IMG/VR virus record: IMGVR_UViG_3300044608_002890
From: a virus
Strand: one strand, 5' to 3'
Length of the DNA stretch: 64,000 bases
Shown: piece by piece, positions 7,315 to 16,921 of the stretch
Layout of the letters: each line of letters begins with the position of its first letter
Numbering within the stretch: the stretch's first letter is position 1
Notes under the pieces: generated by a model
The model's input: the letters and a program-made list of their open reading frames with translations, nothing else
Databases searched by the model: none
What the model was told of the DNA's origin: nothing
Translations under genes and position numbers: made by a program

Positions 7315-8010
7315 CTAGACGAAAAAATTGTCTAGACCCTCTAATTTTAATTCGTGATGCTTTTTACAGCTCGGACAATCCGTGACAACATCTAGGACTA
7401 CTCTGGGCATGGTGCTAAAAAAGCTCATCAACTTTTCTAACTGCTTGGTGTTAAGTTGTTCTATGAAGTTCACCATTTCTTCTCGAGTGCTTTCACGGGC
7501 ATCGTAAAATTCATTGTCCTGATGTACGCCTACGATGCAGTCACATAAAAGATCAATCACCTTATCAGCATCAGTGCTTAGATATGCTTCAAGACCTTCG
7601 TCCAGATGCGGATACCGCATGTCTATGGCAACACTTCTGGATAATGCTATGCGATTCTGGTGACCTTCGCTGTTAATAATCTTGGCTGAACCCAGATTTG
7701 TCTGTGTTTCAATTTTAGTACCACACTCACAATTTACTATGAGATCTAAAACTTCGCCTATGCTGGCTTTTCTGAGTTCTATGAACAAATGCACAAGATC
7801 AAAGAAAGCCAGTTGATCTATCTTAAGTTTATTGAATGTGCAATTATCAACAACTTCACTGACAATTCGGGTTATGTCTTTGCTCTCGGCATCTTTGAGC
7901 ATCAACAATACTTTGTGCTCCTTGACTAAAAATGGTCTGTATTTTACGGGTTTTCGTGTACTGGGTACAATGGTTTCATATGTCGGCACTTCAAGTACTG
8001 GTAAAGGCAT
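7315..8010 (-). CDS. gp26: Baseplate hub assembly chaperone
   Basis: MPLPVLEVPTYE..VPST.K.VKYRPFLVKEHKVLL, DLVHLFIELRKASIGE, CxC and CPSC motifs, ends GLDNFFV. Confidence 0.9.
   Translation of the reverse strand: MPLPVLEVPTYETIVPSTRKPVKYRPFLVKEHKVLLMLKDAESKDITRIVSEVVDNCTFNKLKIDQLAFFDLVHLFIELRKASIGEVLDLIVNCECGTKIETQTNLGSAKIINSEGHQNRIALSRSVAIDMRYPHLDEGLEAYLSTDADKVIDLLCDCIVGVHQDNEFYDARESTREEMVNFIEQLNTKQLEKLMSFFSTMPRVVLDVVTDCPSCKKHHELKLEGLDNFFV
7321..7327 (-). promoter_or_regulatory. Putative -1 ribosomal frameshift heptamer T TTT TTC
   Basis: Minus strand reads GAC AAT TTT TTC GTC TAG; the -1 frame is open into gp51. Confidence 0.65.
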
Positions 8011-8016
8011 GATATT

Positions 8017-8700
8017 TTAGGCTCCTGCTCCTAGAGAATTAAAGGTTCCTGCTCCAAGTTCTTGATTTACATCTCCAGTGATGGTGGCAAAATTCGGTGG
8101 ATCAGTAGGTATAATGCTGTTTCTATCCAAACTATTTCTGTTGGTATTCACACCGTATCTGGGCTCACCTTCGTACCAGCGTCTAAATCTGAAATTCACT
8201 TGTAAGAGATGAAAGGCATTCTGTATGCCATGATTTAGATCCAGTTGAGTCTGTGTTGCAGGAAATGCTTCTTCGAGTGTTATGGTGTAGACTTCGTTGT
8301 CCTGATCGTCAAGCTGTGTAATGTTTACAAAAGGAGCAATGTAGTCTTGCTGATAGCTTACAGTGTATTGGCGACCATCGACTATGCTCTGCATCCATCG
8401 ATCAAAAAGTTTTTTCACACGCATGTCTTGATCTACATGAAAAGCCAGCATCATGAATCCGCCATAGTTTATGCTTTTGGGTCTGTGTATGGCTGGACCC
8501 CAGCTACTGAAAACTTCGGCATTGATGTTGAGTTCAGGAAATACTGCACTTTCGGCCATGAGGCTCAGTGCCTGATTGCTATAATCCAGCCCTTCTAATA
8601 CCCGTGGTGGAGCAGCCAATAGTACTTCGAAACGATTTTTGCGAGCCAGACCAGTTTCGGCTACAGTGGATCTAAAATTCTCTATGCTGAAAGCGGCCAT
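8017..8700 (-). CDS. gp54: Baseplate tail-tube initiator (tube-protein fold)
   Basis: GLARKNRFEV, FDRWMQ, QLDDQD...YTITLEEAFP, VNFRFRRW; synteny. Confidence 0.75.
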   Translation of the reverse strand: MAAFSIENFRSTVAETGLARKNRFEVLLAAPPRVLEGLDYSNQALSLMAESAVFPELNINAEVFSSWGPAIHRPKSINYGGFMMLAFHVDQDMRVKKLFDRWMQSIVDGRQYTVSYQQDYIAPFVNITQLDDQDNEVYTITLEEAFPATQTQLDLNHGIQNAFHLLQVNFRFRRWYEGEPRYGVNTNRNSLDRNSIIPTDPPNFATITGDVNQELGAGTFNSLGAGA

Positions 8701-9260
8701 TAGTATGTCTTCCTGCTGTCACGCCAGACAGCTGTTTTATTGGCGCCAACAAATTGCTCTACGGGCAGTTGGCTGGCAGTGACCCAATCTGGGTAGGCTA
8801 TGTTAAGAAAACGACTTTCAACATGAGCATAGAGGTAGTGTTTGACACAGGCTTGCAATGGCCTTAGCGTGGCTGCACTCTGTATGAGATTCCAACTAAG
8901 TCGAATCTTTGTGGTTTGATCGTTTTTGTCATTGTTTACATAATCAGTCAATTTGGCTAGTATTTTGAATCTAACCATATAGGGCAAGTAATGAAGATTA
9001 AGACCATAGAATCCATCAGGAATCAATCTATAAGGAAAGACCAGTGGAAACCTATCCCAGTATGGCAATGTATCCTTGTGCTTGGCATCATAAAAGAACA
9101 AATACATGAAGCCCGGCAATGGTTTATTTGTAAGCGACCCACTGCTTCGCATGAGGCGTTCGGTCTGACCACGAACATTGGTCAGCTTGCGAACCTGTTG
9201 CTGATACCATTGATAACTGGCTTCAGGATCGGGTTTGATGTTATCGAATACAGATGCCAT
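8700..9260 (-). CDS. gp2: DNA end protector protein
   Basis: YDAKHKDTLPYWDRFPLVFP, GFYGLNLHYLP, CVKHYL motifs. Confidence 0.92.
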   Translation of the reverse strand: MASVFDNIKPDPEASYQWYQQQVRKLTNVRGQTERLMRSSGSLTNKPLPGFMYLFFYDAKHKDTLPYWDRFPLVFPYRLIPDGFYGLNLHYLPYMVRFKILAKLTDYVNNDKNDQTTKIRLSWNLIQSAATLRPLQACVKHYLYAHVESRFLNIAYPDWVTASQLPVEQFVGANKTAVWRDSRKTY

Positions 9261-9263
9261 GGG

Positions 9264-9728
9264 TTATTTATTTGATGATTTTATGCCTAGATCTTTTTCG
9301 GTCAGTATCATGAACTTCATGTTACGATCTTCACAGTATTCAAATGCAGCCTTCCATTTTGCGTCGTTTACACCATATTGAAATACTTCGTCAATGAATC
9401 TCTTGGTTATGCGTTTGGGTTTGACTGGTGGCCGGGTAAATTTTTCTGGTTTAATTTCGACAAGATACTTGGTAGTTTGATTGTTGCGGTCACGTACTTT
9501 CATGTAAAAATCCACAAAGTATCGGTGAACGCGTTGATCCAAGGGACTAACATAGGGTATGATTACAGTTTCACTGCCCCACTCCAGCACTGCAGAATTA
9601 TGATCGCACCATTTCATGAAACGAAGTTCCCAGGTACTACGCCAGACGATCTGTGTAATATCACCTCGATATTTTTCTGGATGCTCGACTCTATAGATTC
9701 CTCTATAGGTGTTCTTGTACTCAGCCAT
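9264..9728 (-). CDS. gp4: Head completion nuclease
   Basis: YRGIYRVEHPEKYRGD, RSTWE, WGSE..IPY, HRYFVDF, LVEIKP, VNDAKWKAA motifs. Confidence 0.95.
   Translation of the reverse strand: MAEYKNTYRGIYRVEHPEKYRGDITQIVWRSTWELRFMKWCDHNSAVLEWGSETVIIPYVSPLDQRVHRYFVDFYMKVRDRNNQTTKYLVEIKPEKFTRPPVKPKRITKRFIDEVFQYGVNDAKWKAAFEYCEDRNMKFMILTEKDLGIKSSNK
9265..9272 (-). promoter_or_regulatory. Late promoter AATAAATA
   Basis: Reverse complement of TATTTATT; 4 nt before the gp2 ATG. Confidence 0.55.
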
Positions 9729-9733
9729 AAATA
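9726..9733 (+). promoter_or_regulatory. Late promoter CATAAATA for the gp48 operon
   Basis: NATAAATA box upstream of ATG 9765; overlaps the gp4 start codon. Confidence 0.6.
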
Positions 9734-9749
9734 ATTTAACCCCTTCTAC

Positions 9750-9757
9750 TATTTATG
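9750..9757 (-). promoter_or_regulatory. Late promoter CATAAATA for the gp4 operon
   Basis: Reverse complement of TATTTATG; followed by a GAAGGGG RBS and ATG 9728. Confidence 0.6.
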
Positions 9758-9764
9758 GCGACTC

Positions 9765-11003
9765 ATGGAAAATTCCAATTACAGAAGTGCCGACTATGCC
9801 AAACGCAAAGAACTCGATGATCGACGTCGATTCATTAATCAAACAACAGGATCTTCTGAAGCTTCGATTTCTACTGGCAAGTATAACATTGGCACCTTGA
9901 GTTTTCCGGAAAATGTAAACAGCGATGATTTTCCACACTATGTAAGTTTTTACATCAACATACGTGGCAAATCAAAATTTAATACAGAAAACCGTTTCAA
10001 AGAGCAGGCCATAACCAGACCGCCTGATGCTGGTCTCACTCCTGATGAAATCGGCAGAGCCATTAACATCACTGCAGCCGGAGCAGGAGCGGTTCTTGGT
10101 GTTGGAGCGGTTAAAAAATTTGCTAGTCTTAAGTCCGGCCAACAGGTCAAGAAAGCTGGCGGCACACAACAGCAGGTTGATCTGGCCAGTAAAAATGCAA
10201 AAACCAGTGGAGCGGCTCAGACTGCCGGAGGCATAGCCGGAGGAGCTGCTGGTCTTGGTGTAAGCTGGTTGGCACAAAAGGCCGGGCCTGACATTCTTAA
10301 ACCCGATCAAAGCTATAGAATAAGCGATGTAATTACTCTAGCCGTACAGGAACCACCATCGGTAAGCTATGATGCCAAGTACAATGATACTGCACTAGGA
10401 ACCATTTTTGGTGCTTTGGGTAAAACCGCAGGTGCGTTGGAACAGGGTCGAGCAGCTGGCCTGGCCGCCGAAGCCGGAGTTTTGGGGTTAAGTGCTCTGG
10501 CTGGCGCAGCCATAGGTGCTAAACTACAGGGTACATTGGGTGGTGCCATAGGCGGTGCCATGGCAGCTGGCGGTGTCACAGGAGCAGCCGCACAGGCCAT
10601 GACTAAAATGAAAACCAACCCTTTTAGGGAAATGTTATTTGAACAAATTGACTACAGAGCCTTTAAATTCAATTACAGATTTTTACCAAAGAATCAATAC
10701 GAGGTTGATAATATAAAACGTATCATTGACATGTTCAAGTTTCATATGCATCCTGAATTAAGCACTGGAAATTTATTTTTTATCTACCCCGCAGAGTTTC
10801 AGATTGTTTATTTTTATAAGGGCCAGGAAAATACGTATTTTCATAAAATAGCTCCCAGCGCGCTGACCAATTTAAGTGTGAATTATGGTGGAGCCGGAGG
10901 CATGAGTAGTTTTCATGATGGAACGCCCACTGAGATAAACATGTCGTTATCGTTCCAAGAAATGGAACTGCTCACCAAAGAAAAAGTACAACTCGGATAT
11001 TAA
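9765..11003 (+). CDS. gp48: Baseplate tail-tube cap
   Basis: LSFPE....FPHYV.FYI, NPFREMLFEQIDYR.F.F.Y.F.PK, FKFHMHPE, FHDGTP....MSLSFQEMELLTK motifs. Confidence 0.9.
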   Translation: MENSNYRSADYAKRKELDDRRRFINQTTGSSEASISTGKYNIGTLSFPENVNSDDFPHYVSFYINIRGKSKFNTENRFKEQAITRPPDAGLTPDEIGRAINITAAGAGAVLGVGAVKKFASLKSGQQVKKAGGTQQQVDLASKNAKTSGAAQTAGGIAGGAAGLGVSWLAQKAGPDILKPDQSYRISDVITLAVQEPPSVSYDAKYNDTALGTIFGALGKTAGALEQGRAAGLAAEAGVLGLSALAGAAIGAKLQGTLGGAIGGAMAAGGVTGAAAQAMTKMKTNPFREMLFEQIDYRAFKFNYRFLPKNQYEVDNIKRIIDMFKFHMHPELSTGNLFFIYPAEFQIVYFYKGQENTYFHKIAPSALTNLSVNYGGAGGMSSFHDGTPTEINMSLSFQEMELLTKEKVQLGY

Positions 11004-11004
11004 C

Positions 11005-11733
11005 ATGGCCTATTTCGAATATTTCCCGGCTTTGTATTATACGCTCGATAACAACAAGACCGGACAAGTTGTACAGGACATTTTTAGACGAATTGCCATC
11101 AGCGAAGCTGTTAAAAATCAAAATGTTCTCTACGAGCTTTATAGCATTCAAGATGGGGATACACCAGAAATTTTGGCTGATAGATTCTATGATGATCCTG
11201 GGCTTTATTGGGTCATATTATTATGTAATGAAATACTAGACCCAAGATTTGCCTGGCCCATGGACTGGTACAGACTAGAAAAATACATAGAACGCAAATA
11301 TCCTAGCAACTTGTTTTTAGCAGCCAATGTATCCCATTTTTTTAACATTGGCGAGACTGTTAGTACAAATGATGGTAGCGCCAGAGTCATACACACAGAT
11401 GGCAATAAATTATCTGTCATCAACGTATCCGGTACGTTCGCAGCCAATGGTGCCAATTTAACTGGTCAGGTAGGCGGAGCTGTTGCTGTGTTACCATTTA
11501 CTGGAACAGTATTTGAAAACGGACCCGAGGCAGTACACCATTATGAATATACCGCTAATGGCACGTATGTTGATAGCATAACCTGGAATTCAGGCAATCA
11601 ACTTAACATGGAAGCAGTTTCCAACAGGCTGTATGAGATTCGTAACAATGATTCGCTCAGAGATATAAGGATTTTAAAACCTGAATTTGTACCTAGGTTT
11701 CTAGCAGAGTTCAAGAAGGCCATTGATCAATGA
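11005..11733 (+). CDS. gp53: Baseplate wedge subunit
   Basis: MAYFEYFP, YSIQDGDTPEILADRFYDDPGLYWVILLCN..LDP..AWP, HHYE, IRILKPE motifs. Confidence 0.92.
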   Translation: MAYFEYFPALYYTLDNNKTGQVVQDIFRRIAISEAVKNQNVLYELYSIQDGDTPEILADRFYDDPGLYWVILLCNEILDPRFAWPMDWYRLEKYIERKYPSNLFLAANVSHFFNIGETVSTNDGSARVIHTDGNKLSVINVSGTFAANGANLTGQVGGAVAVLPFTGTVFENGPEAVHHYEYTANGTYVDSITWNSGNQLNMEAVSNRLYEIRNNDSLRDIRILKPEFVPRFLAEFKKAIDQ

Positions 11734-13094
11734 AAGTTAGTGCGGTTTTAGAAAATCCTGGTGATGTAAACATCGAGCAAATGCTACTGGTCAGCACAAG
11801 AAATTTTGTGGTCGACCTCGATGATTACTTTGTCGAATTTAACCTTTACGAAGAAATTTTTAGTCCGGGCATGACTGGTTCTTTGGTCATAAGCGACAGT
11901 CGAAACCTCATAACCGAAATGCCCATAGTTGGTGATGAACTTTTAATGGTCAAATTTACTACACCAACATTCCCAAGCAGCATTCAGAAAACCTTTAGAA
12001 TAACCGGCATCACCGATAAGCACATTGTTCGTGGTCAAAATACACAGCTCTATACCTTAAATTTTTGTAGCCAGGAAATGGTTCTGGACATGAACTACCC
12101 AATCTACAAAAGTTTCGAAGGCAGCATAGACGACGTAGTCGTTAAAATTTTTGAAGATTATGTTGCCATGAGTCGTTCGTTGGATGCAACCGAAGCTCGT
12201 GATAGGATAGTTGAAAGCATCGAAGATACACCCCTGAAAATACTCACCGAAACCAAGAACAAAGTTAAATTTGTGAGTCCTGGATGGACGGCATTTCGTT
12301 GCATCAACTGGCTGGCCAGCAAGGCTTTACCCAAAGAAGGCAAGGCTTGCAATTTCATGTTCTGGGAAAGCAATAAATGTTTTTATTTTGCTGCGCTGGA
12401 AACAATTTTTAGAGATGTCTATCGTGACAAACGCTATGTTGGTGAATATACCTATGCCCAAAGCAATCTCAGGGAGGGCCCTAGTCGCGACATACAAAGA
12501 GAGATGTTTCTGACCGATAGCATAGAAAACATTGTTACTGTTGATCATGCGAAAAACTATACCAGTGGTTATTTGGCCAATAGACTCATTGAACTCGACG
12601 TAATGAATAAAAAGTATGAAGTCATTGACTATGATCATTCTTTGAGTTTTAACGAATACCATCATATGTCTGGCCAGACTGAAAAAGAAGCATTGCCATT
12701 TTTTGCATACAATACCTTGCGTAATCCCTTGTGTGATATTAGCTATTATCCCAAACACCCCAAGTTATTTGATGATTTTGATGAAAATGTAAACGAAGTC
12801 TATAAGGATGTGCATGGCAATCGCCGAAGCAATCTTCTGGAACTAGATACTTTTAAGCTCATCATGCATGTTCCCGGAAGAACAGATGTTGAATGTGGTC
12901 AGATGATACTACTAAACTATCCCATGATTGCTCCAAGAGATCAGAACGATAAAAGCAAATCTAAACTAGATCCTTTGTACTCAGGGCCCTATCTAATTAC
13001 TGCCATTCGTCATCAGATAAATCCTGTAAGACATAAAATGATTGTAGAATTGACCAAAGACAGTTTAACTGGGCAAAGTAATGAATCCAAATAG
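11730..13094 (+). CDS. Baseplate hub protein (gp27/late-control-D-like)
   Basis: NLYEEIFSPGMTG.L.I.DS, PIVGDE, FMFWES, VPGRTDVECG, YSGPYLITAIRH; lies between gp53 and gp5. Confidence 0.6.
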   Translation: MKVSAVLENPGDVNIEQMLLVSTRNFVVDLDDYFVEFNLYEEIFSPGMTGSLVISDSRNLITEMPIVGDELLMVKFTTPTFPSSIQKTFRITGITDKHIVRGQNTQLYTLNFCSQEMVLDMNYPIYKSFEGSIDDVVVKIFEDYVAMSRSLDATEARDRIVESIEDTPLKILTETKNKVKFVSPGWTAFRCINWLASKALPKEGKACNFMFWESNKCFYFAALETIFRDVYRDKRYVGEYTYAQSNLREGPSRDIQREMFLTDSIENIVTVDHAKNYTSGYLANRLIELDVMNKKYEVIDYDHSLSFNEYHHMSGQTEKEALPFFAYNTLRNPLCDISYYPKHPKLFDDFDENVNEVYKDVHGNRRSNLLELDTFKLIMHVPGRTDVECGQMILLNYPMIAPRDQNDKSKSKLDPLYSGPYLITAIRHQINPVRHKMIVELTKDSLTGQSNESK

Positions 13095-14205
13095 TCATAT
13101 TTTTAATCGCGATGGTTTTAATTGGTGGATTGGCGTAGTAGAAGATCGCAATGATCCAGAAAAGATGGGTCGTTGCAAGGTTCGTATCTTTGGGTATCAT
13201 ACCGATGACAAAGATGATTTACCCATCAAGGATCTTCCCTGGGCCTGGCCTATTCAGCCCATAACCAGTGCAGGCATAAGTGGTAAGGGCACAAGTCCAC
13301 TGGGACCCTTGCCGGGATCATGGGTAGTAGGTTGGTTTTTAGATGGCAAGGACATGCAACAGCCTGCATTTTTTGGTGTTATTTCAGCCAGAGCTGGAGA
13401 AATGACGTTTGACCCGTCAAACGATGATAAACCCAAAACAGACCAACCTGATACTACCACCAATCCCAACGATGGCTTTCTGAGGGATAGCCAGGGTGAA
13501 ATAGTAAGAGATTCACAGGGCGACCCTATACGCACAGGTAAACCACCAGTGCCTGGCTGGGAACTGGGCAAAACCAGCGAAAGATTTGAAAGTGGCGGTC
13601 GTGGTCCAGGAACCATAAATGATTACAATGGCAAGTCATCTGGAGATTTTGGTGGTGCCAGTTATGGCATTTATCAGCTTGCCAGTTATTTGCCAGCAGT
13701 ATCTGGCAATGGCAAAAGTAGACCGTCGGCCAAGGGCAGCCCATTGGAAACCTATGTGAAACGCAGTAAATATGCCAATGAATTCAAAGGACTTGCACCT
13801 GCCACTCCTGAATTTGATAATAAATGGAAAGAAATAGCCAGTAACGAAGCTAATGATTTTAGAAAAGACCAACACGATTTTATAAAATCTAGATACTATG
13901 ACGTCATGGTCACCAATCTCAAACGTTATGGTTTCAATGCAGACAAATACGGACCTGGTGTGCAGGATCTAATCTGGAGCACTGCAGTGCAACTAGGCCC
14001 AACCAACACCAGCGTGTTCACTGAACCGTTGAGCGGCAAAAGTACGTTGACTGATAAAGATGTTATCAATCTAGTTAGCGAATACAAAAAAGCACGAGTG
14101 CCAGTGTTGTTTAAAAGTTCTAGTGCAAGTATCCAAGAAGGTGTCAAATCTAGGTACGAAAGCGAAAAGATTGCTTTACTAAAGTTGTCTGAAGGCCAAG
14201 CATGA
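13081..14205 (+). CDS. gp5: gp5 N-terminal part: OB-fold plus VgrG3-like lysozyme domain
   Basis: WWIGVVEDRNDPEKMGRCKVRIFGYH...LPWA OB-fold; LGKTSERFESG...GGASYGIYQL muramidase-like motif. Confidence 0.85.
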   Translation: MNPNSHIFNRDGFNWWIGVVEDRNDPEKMGRCKVRIFGYHTDDKDDLPIKDLPWAWPIQPITSAGISGKGTSPLGPLPGSWVVGWFLDGKDMQQPAFFGVISARAGEMTFDPSNDDKPKTDQPDTTTNPNDGFLRDSQGEIVRDSQGDPIRTGKPPVPGWELGKTSERFESGGRGPGTINDYNGKSSGDFGGASYGIYQLASYLPAVSGNGKSRPSAKGSPLETYVKRSKYANEFKGLAPATPEFDNKWKEIASNEANDFRKDQHDFIKSRYYDVMVTNLKRYGFNADKYGPGVQDLIWSTAVQLGPTNTSVFTEPLSGKSTLTDKDVINLVSEYKKARVPVLFKSSSASIQEGVKSRYESEKIALLKLSEGQA

Positions 14206-16601
14206 TTGAAAATACCAACATATTAAACCAACAGGTCCAGAAACAAGTCATTGCCTGGATCTTGGCCAACAGGGACCGAGTTGGTTTGGAAAGCGTACCT
14301 GAGGGCACGTTATCTTCGACTCTTGAGCGCATTCTACCGGGCATAGTCAGTACCTATACTGGGGATGTTTATGCTCATACAAATCAGAGTCTAAACCAAG
14401 GTCCCAGAGAATTACTGGGTACTGCAAATCCATTCAATACCCTTACACAGAATCAAAATTTAAGTACTATTACAAATGCTGTATTCAGCAGACTGGGTAC
14501 CAGCGGAACATCATTTTTACAGAACAATTTTGTGGGTAGCATGGTCAATGGCCTGCAGGGCAATTTAGGTAATTCTGGTAACAACATAAACTTTGCATTG
14601 CTTTCGGCATCAATATCATCGCTCATAGGTCCATTGTTCACAAAACTTAATTCAGATGTTGGTGGCAATTTCATAGATGGTGTACTTCAAGGTGGCTTTG
14701 AGGTTGATGCTTTTTTGGAAGCCGATAGCTATACCTTTGGAGAAATAACTGACCCCGACACCGATCTCGAAGAATTGGATTTAGATTATACCAAAAACGC
14801 AACAGAAACTTTTCTCAATCAGGCCAAACAATTTGACATACAGGACAATGACAATCTTGAAAAACTCAATGTAGTGCGTGAAGGATTTGTTGATCCAACC
14901 GCAACATATCCTACCAAAGAATATGCCAATGGCAGCGAAGTAAATAAATTAGCTCAAGGCGAACCAACCAGCAGTTTGGTGCAGGCCAAGAACAATAGGC
15001 TCATGAAGGCTGCTCCTTTGCCAGGAGAAAATTATTTCAATGAACCACCCAGTGCCTACAAGGCCGAGTATCCCTATAATAAGGTCACTGAAACTGAAAG
15101 TGGTCATATCATAGAGATTGACGATACGCCTGGATCGGAACGCATACATGTATACCACAAGGCTGGCACCTACATAGAGATCGATCGCGATGGGAATACT
15201 GTTTTTAGACGCAAAGGATCAGACTATCAGATCATAGACAAAAATGGCTATGTTAGCGTGGCCGGTCATTTAAACCTAAGTGTGGCTGGTAGTGTAAATC
15301 TATTTGCTGGCAACAACGCCAATGTAGAAATCATAGGCGATGCTAAGTTAACCGTACACAACGATTTTGTGCTCGAAAGCGGTGGTAACATCAACATAAG
15401 TGCTGCTGATACCATCAGTATGCGTTCTGCCAACATTAGAATAGAAGCCGACAATGATTTTGATCTTCAGGTAGATCGAGTCTTTAAACAACGCGCCAAC
15501 GTTATTCATAGCATCAGTCAAGAAGAAACCTATGTTGAAGTGGGTGCAGATTACAACATGACCGGTAATGCTAAGGCTGCAATCTATTTCCAAGACAACT
15601 ATAAGATCAAATCCGATAAAAAAATTCAGCAGCAGGCCAAACAGGGCATAGAACAAAAGTCCGATGGACCCATAACCAGCAAATCACCGGCCGGCGGTCT
15701 AAGCATGAGTGCCACTGGCCTAGATCTTCGTAGCACAGGTGCGTTGAACATAGATGCAACCAGCATAAACATGCAGGACAATCAGGCGCCAGCTCTGTCA
15801 GGTTTTGATTTTGGTAATTTAGATACACCAACTAGACCAGAGGGTGCACGTAATAGCTTCGCTGGTGTATTAGTAGGTAGAAAAGATTTTGTTGGCATCA
15901 AAGTCGAAGATAGTCAGGCCATAAGCATAGCCGACAAATACTGCATAGATGCCGAAGAACAAGCTGATGATCCTGAAACCAAAAAAGCTCTTAGAGACAA
16001 GCTCATAAGCAGCGGTTTAGCAACTGAGGCTGATTTGGATAAAACGCCCGTAGAGCAGAGCGACAAAAAAGATGTAAAAACCGGCAACAATCAAATTGTA
16101 CCGCCCAGTGACTTCTGTTTAGGCCTATCCGAAGCGCCCGATGGATTCAAACTCAGTCCTAACTTCACTCTAGGCCAACTAACATCCAGATCGGCCTGCA
16201 GTGCAACACCACTTCAGGCACAATTGGGCATGAGCTATGGCCAACTGTTACAGAATCTTCAGGCCGTAGCCCTCAATGTATGTGAGCCTGTATTCAATCT
16301 GTATCCCAACATGTACATAACCAGCGGTTTTAGGTTGATGGGCAGCAACCCAACCAGCCAGCATCCCAAAGGACAGGCTGTTGACATTCAATTCAAGGGC
16401 ATAGCTGCCAGTGAATATTTTAAAATAGCCAATCTTTTAGCACAGGCACTTAATTACGACCAATTGCTGTTGGAATATTCTAATTATACAAAAAATCCTT
16501 GGATTCACATAAGTTTCAGCCATAATAGTAAGAATCGCAATCAGGTTCTTACTTTTTGGAACAATAAGACTCACAGCCAGGGATTGGTGCAGCTAGCATG
16601 A
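14202..16601 (+). CDS. gp5: gp5 C-terminal part: beta-helix needle plus C-terminal peptidase M15
   Basis: YPYNKVTETESGHIIEIDDTPGSERIHVYHKAGTYIEI; 8-residue beta repeats; LSPNFTLGQL...SGFR...SQHPKGQAVD...WIHIS (HX6D...H). Confidence 0.85.
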   Translation: MIENTNILNQQVQKQVIAWILANRDRVGLESVPEGTLSSTLERILPGIVSTYTGDVYAHTNQSLNQGPRELLGTANPFNTLTQNQNLSTITNAVFSRLGTSGTSFLQNNFVGSMVNGLQGNLGNSGNNINFALLSASISSLIGPLFTKLNSDVGGNFIDGVLQGGFEVDAFLEADSYTFGEITDPDTDLEELDLDYTKNATETFLNQAKQFDIQDNDNLEKLNVVREGFVDPTATYPTKEYANGSEVNKLAQGEPTSSLVQAKNNRLMKAAPLPGENYFNEPPSAYKAEYPYNKVTETESGHIIEIDDTPGSERIHVYHKAGTYIEIDRDGNTVFRRKGSDYQIIDKNGYVSVAGHLNLSVAGSVNLFAGNNANVEIIGDAKLTVHNDFVLESGGNINISAADTISMRSANIRIEADNDFDLQVDRVFKQRANVIHSISQEETYVEVGADYNMTGNAKAAIYFQDNYKIKSDKKIQQQAKQGIEQKSDGPITSKSPAGGLSMSATGLDLRSTGALNIDATSINMQDNQAPALSGFDFGNLDTPTRPEGARNSFAGVLVGRKDFVGIKVEDSQAISIADKYCIDAEEQADDPETKKALRDKLISSGLATEADLDKTPVEQSDKKDVKTGNNQIVPPSDFCLGLSEAPDGFKLSPNFTLGQLTSRSACSATPLQAQLGMSYGQLLQNLQAVALNVCEPVFNLYPNMYITSGFRLMGSNPTSQHPKGQAVDIQFKGIAASEYFKIANLLAQALNYDQLLLEYSNYTKNPWIHISFSHNSKNRNQVLTFWNNKTHSQGLVQLA

Positions 16602-16903
16602 CGGTTAGAGTGGCATGTCAGGGTGACAGTATTACTGCAGGTGTTCAGTATGTCATAACCAGGGCCGGGCAAAATACTGTTCGCATCAACAACAGACTAG
16701 TGGCCGTAGCCGATCCCAGCGGTGCTGCTCAGGTATCCAACCATCCAGGTGGGCACAACAACATAAAGATTGCTTCGGGTAGCAGCACCATTTTTATAGC
16801 CGGCAAGCCCTTGGCGCGAGCTGGCGACCCATTGACCTGCGGTACTCACGCTATTTCAAGTACCACGGGCACAATACTAAGTACTACGGTATTCACGTCC
16901 TAG
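16598..16903 (+). CDS. PAAR-like spike tip protein (gp5.4 analogue)
   Basis: GSSTIFIAGKPLARAGDPLTCG; directly after gp5. Confidence 0.85.
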   Translation: MTVRVACQGDSITAGVQYVITRAGQNTVRINNRLVAVADPSGAAQVSNHPGGHNNIKIASGSSTIFIAGKPLARAGDPLTCGTHAISSTTGTILSTTVFTS

Positions 16904-16909
16904 AATCAC

Positions 16910-16917
16910 AATAAATA
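16910..16917 (+). promoter_or_regulatory. Late promoter AATAAATA
   Basis: Intergenic box 4 nt before the gp25 ATG. Confidence 0.65.
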
Positions 16918-16921
16918 ATAG

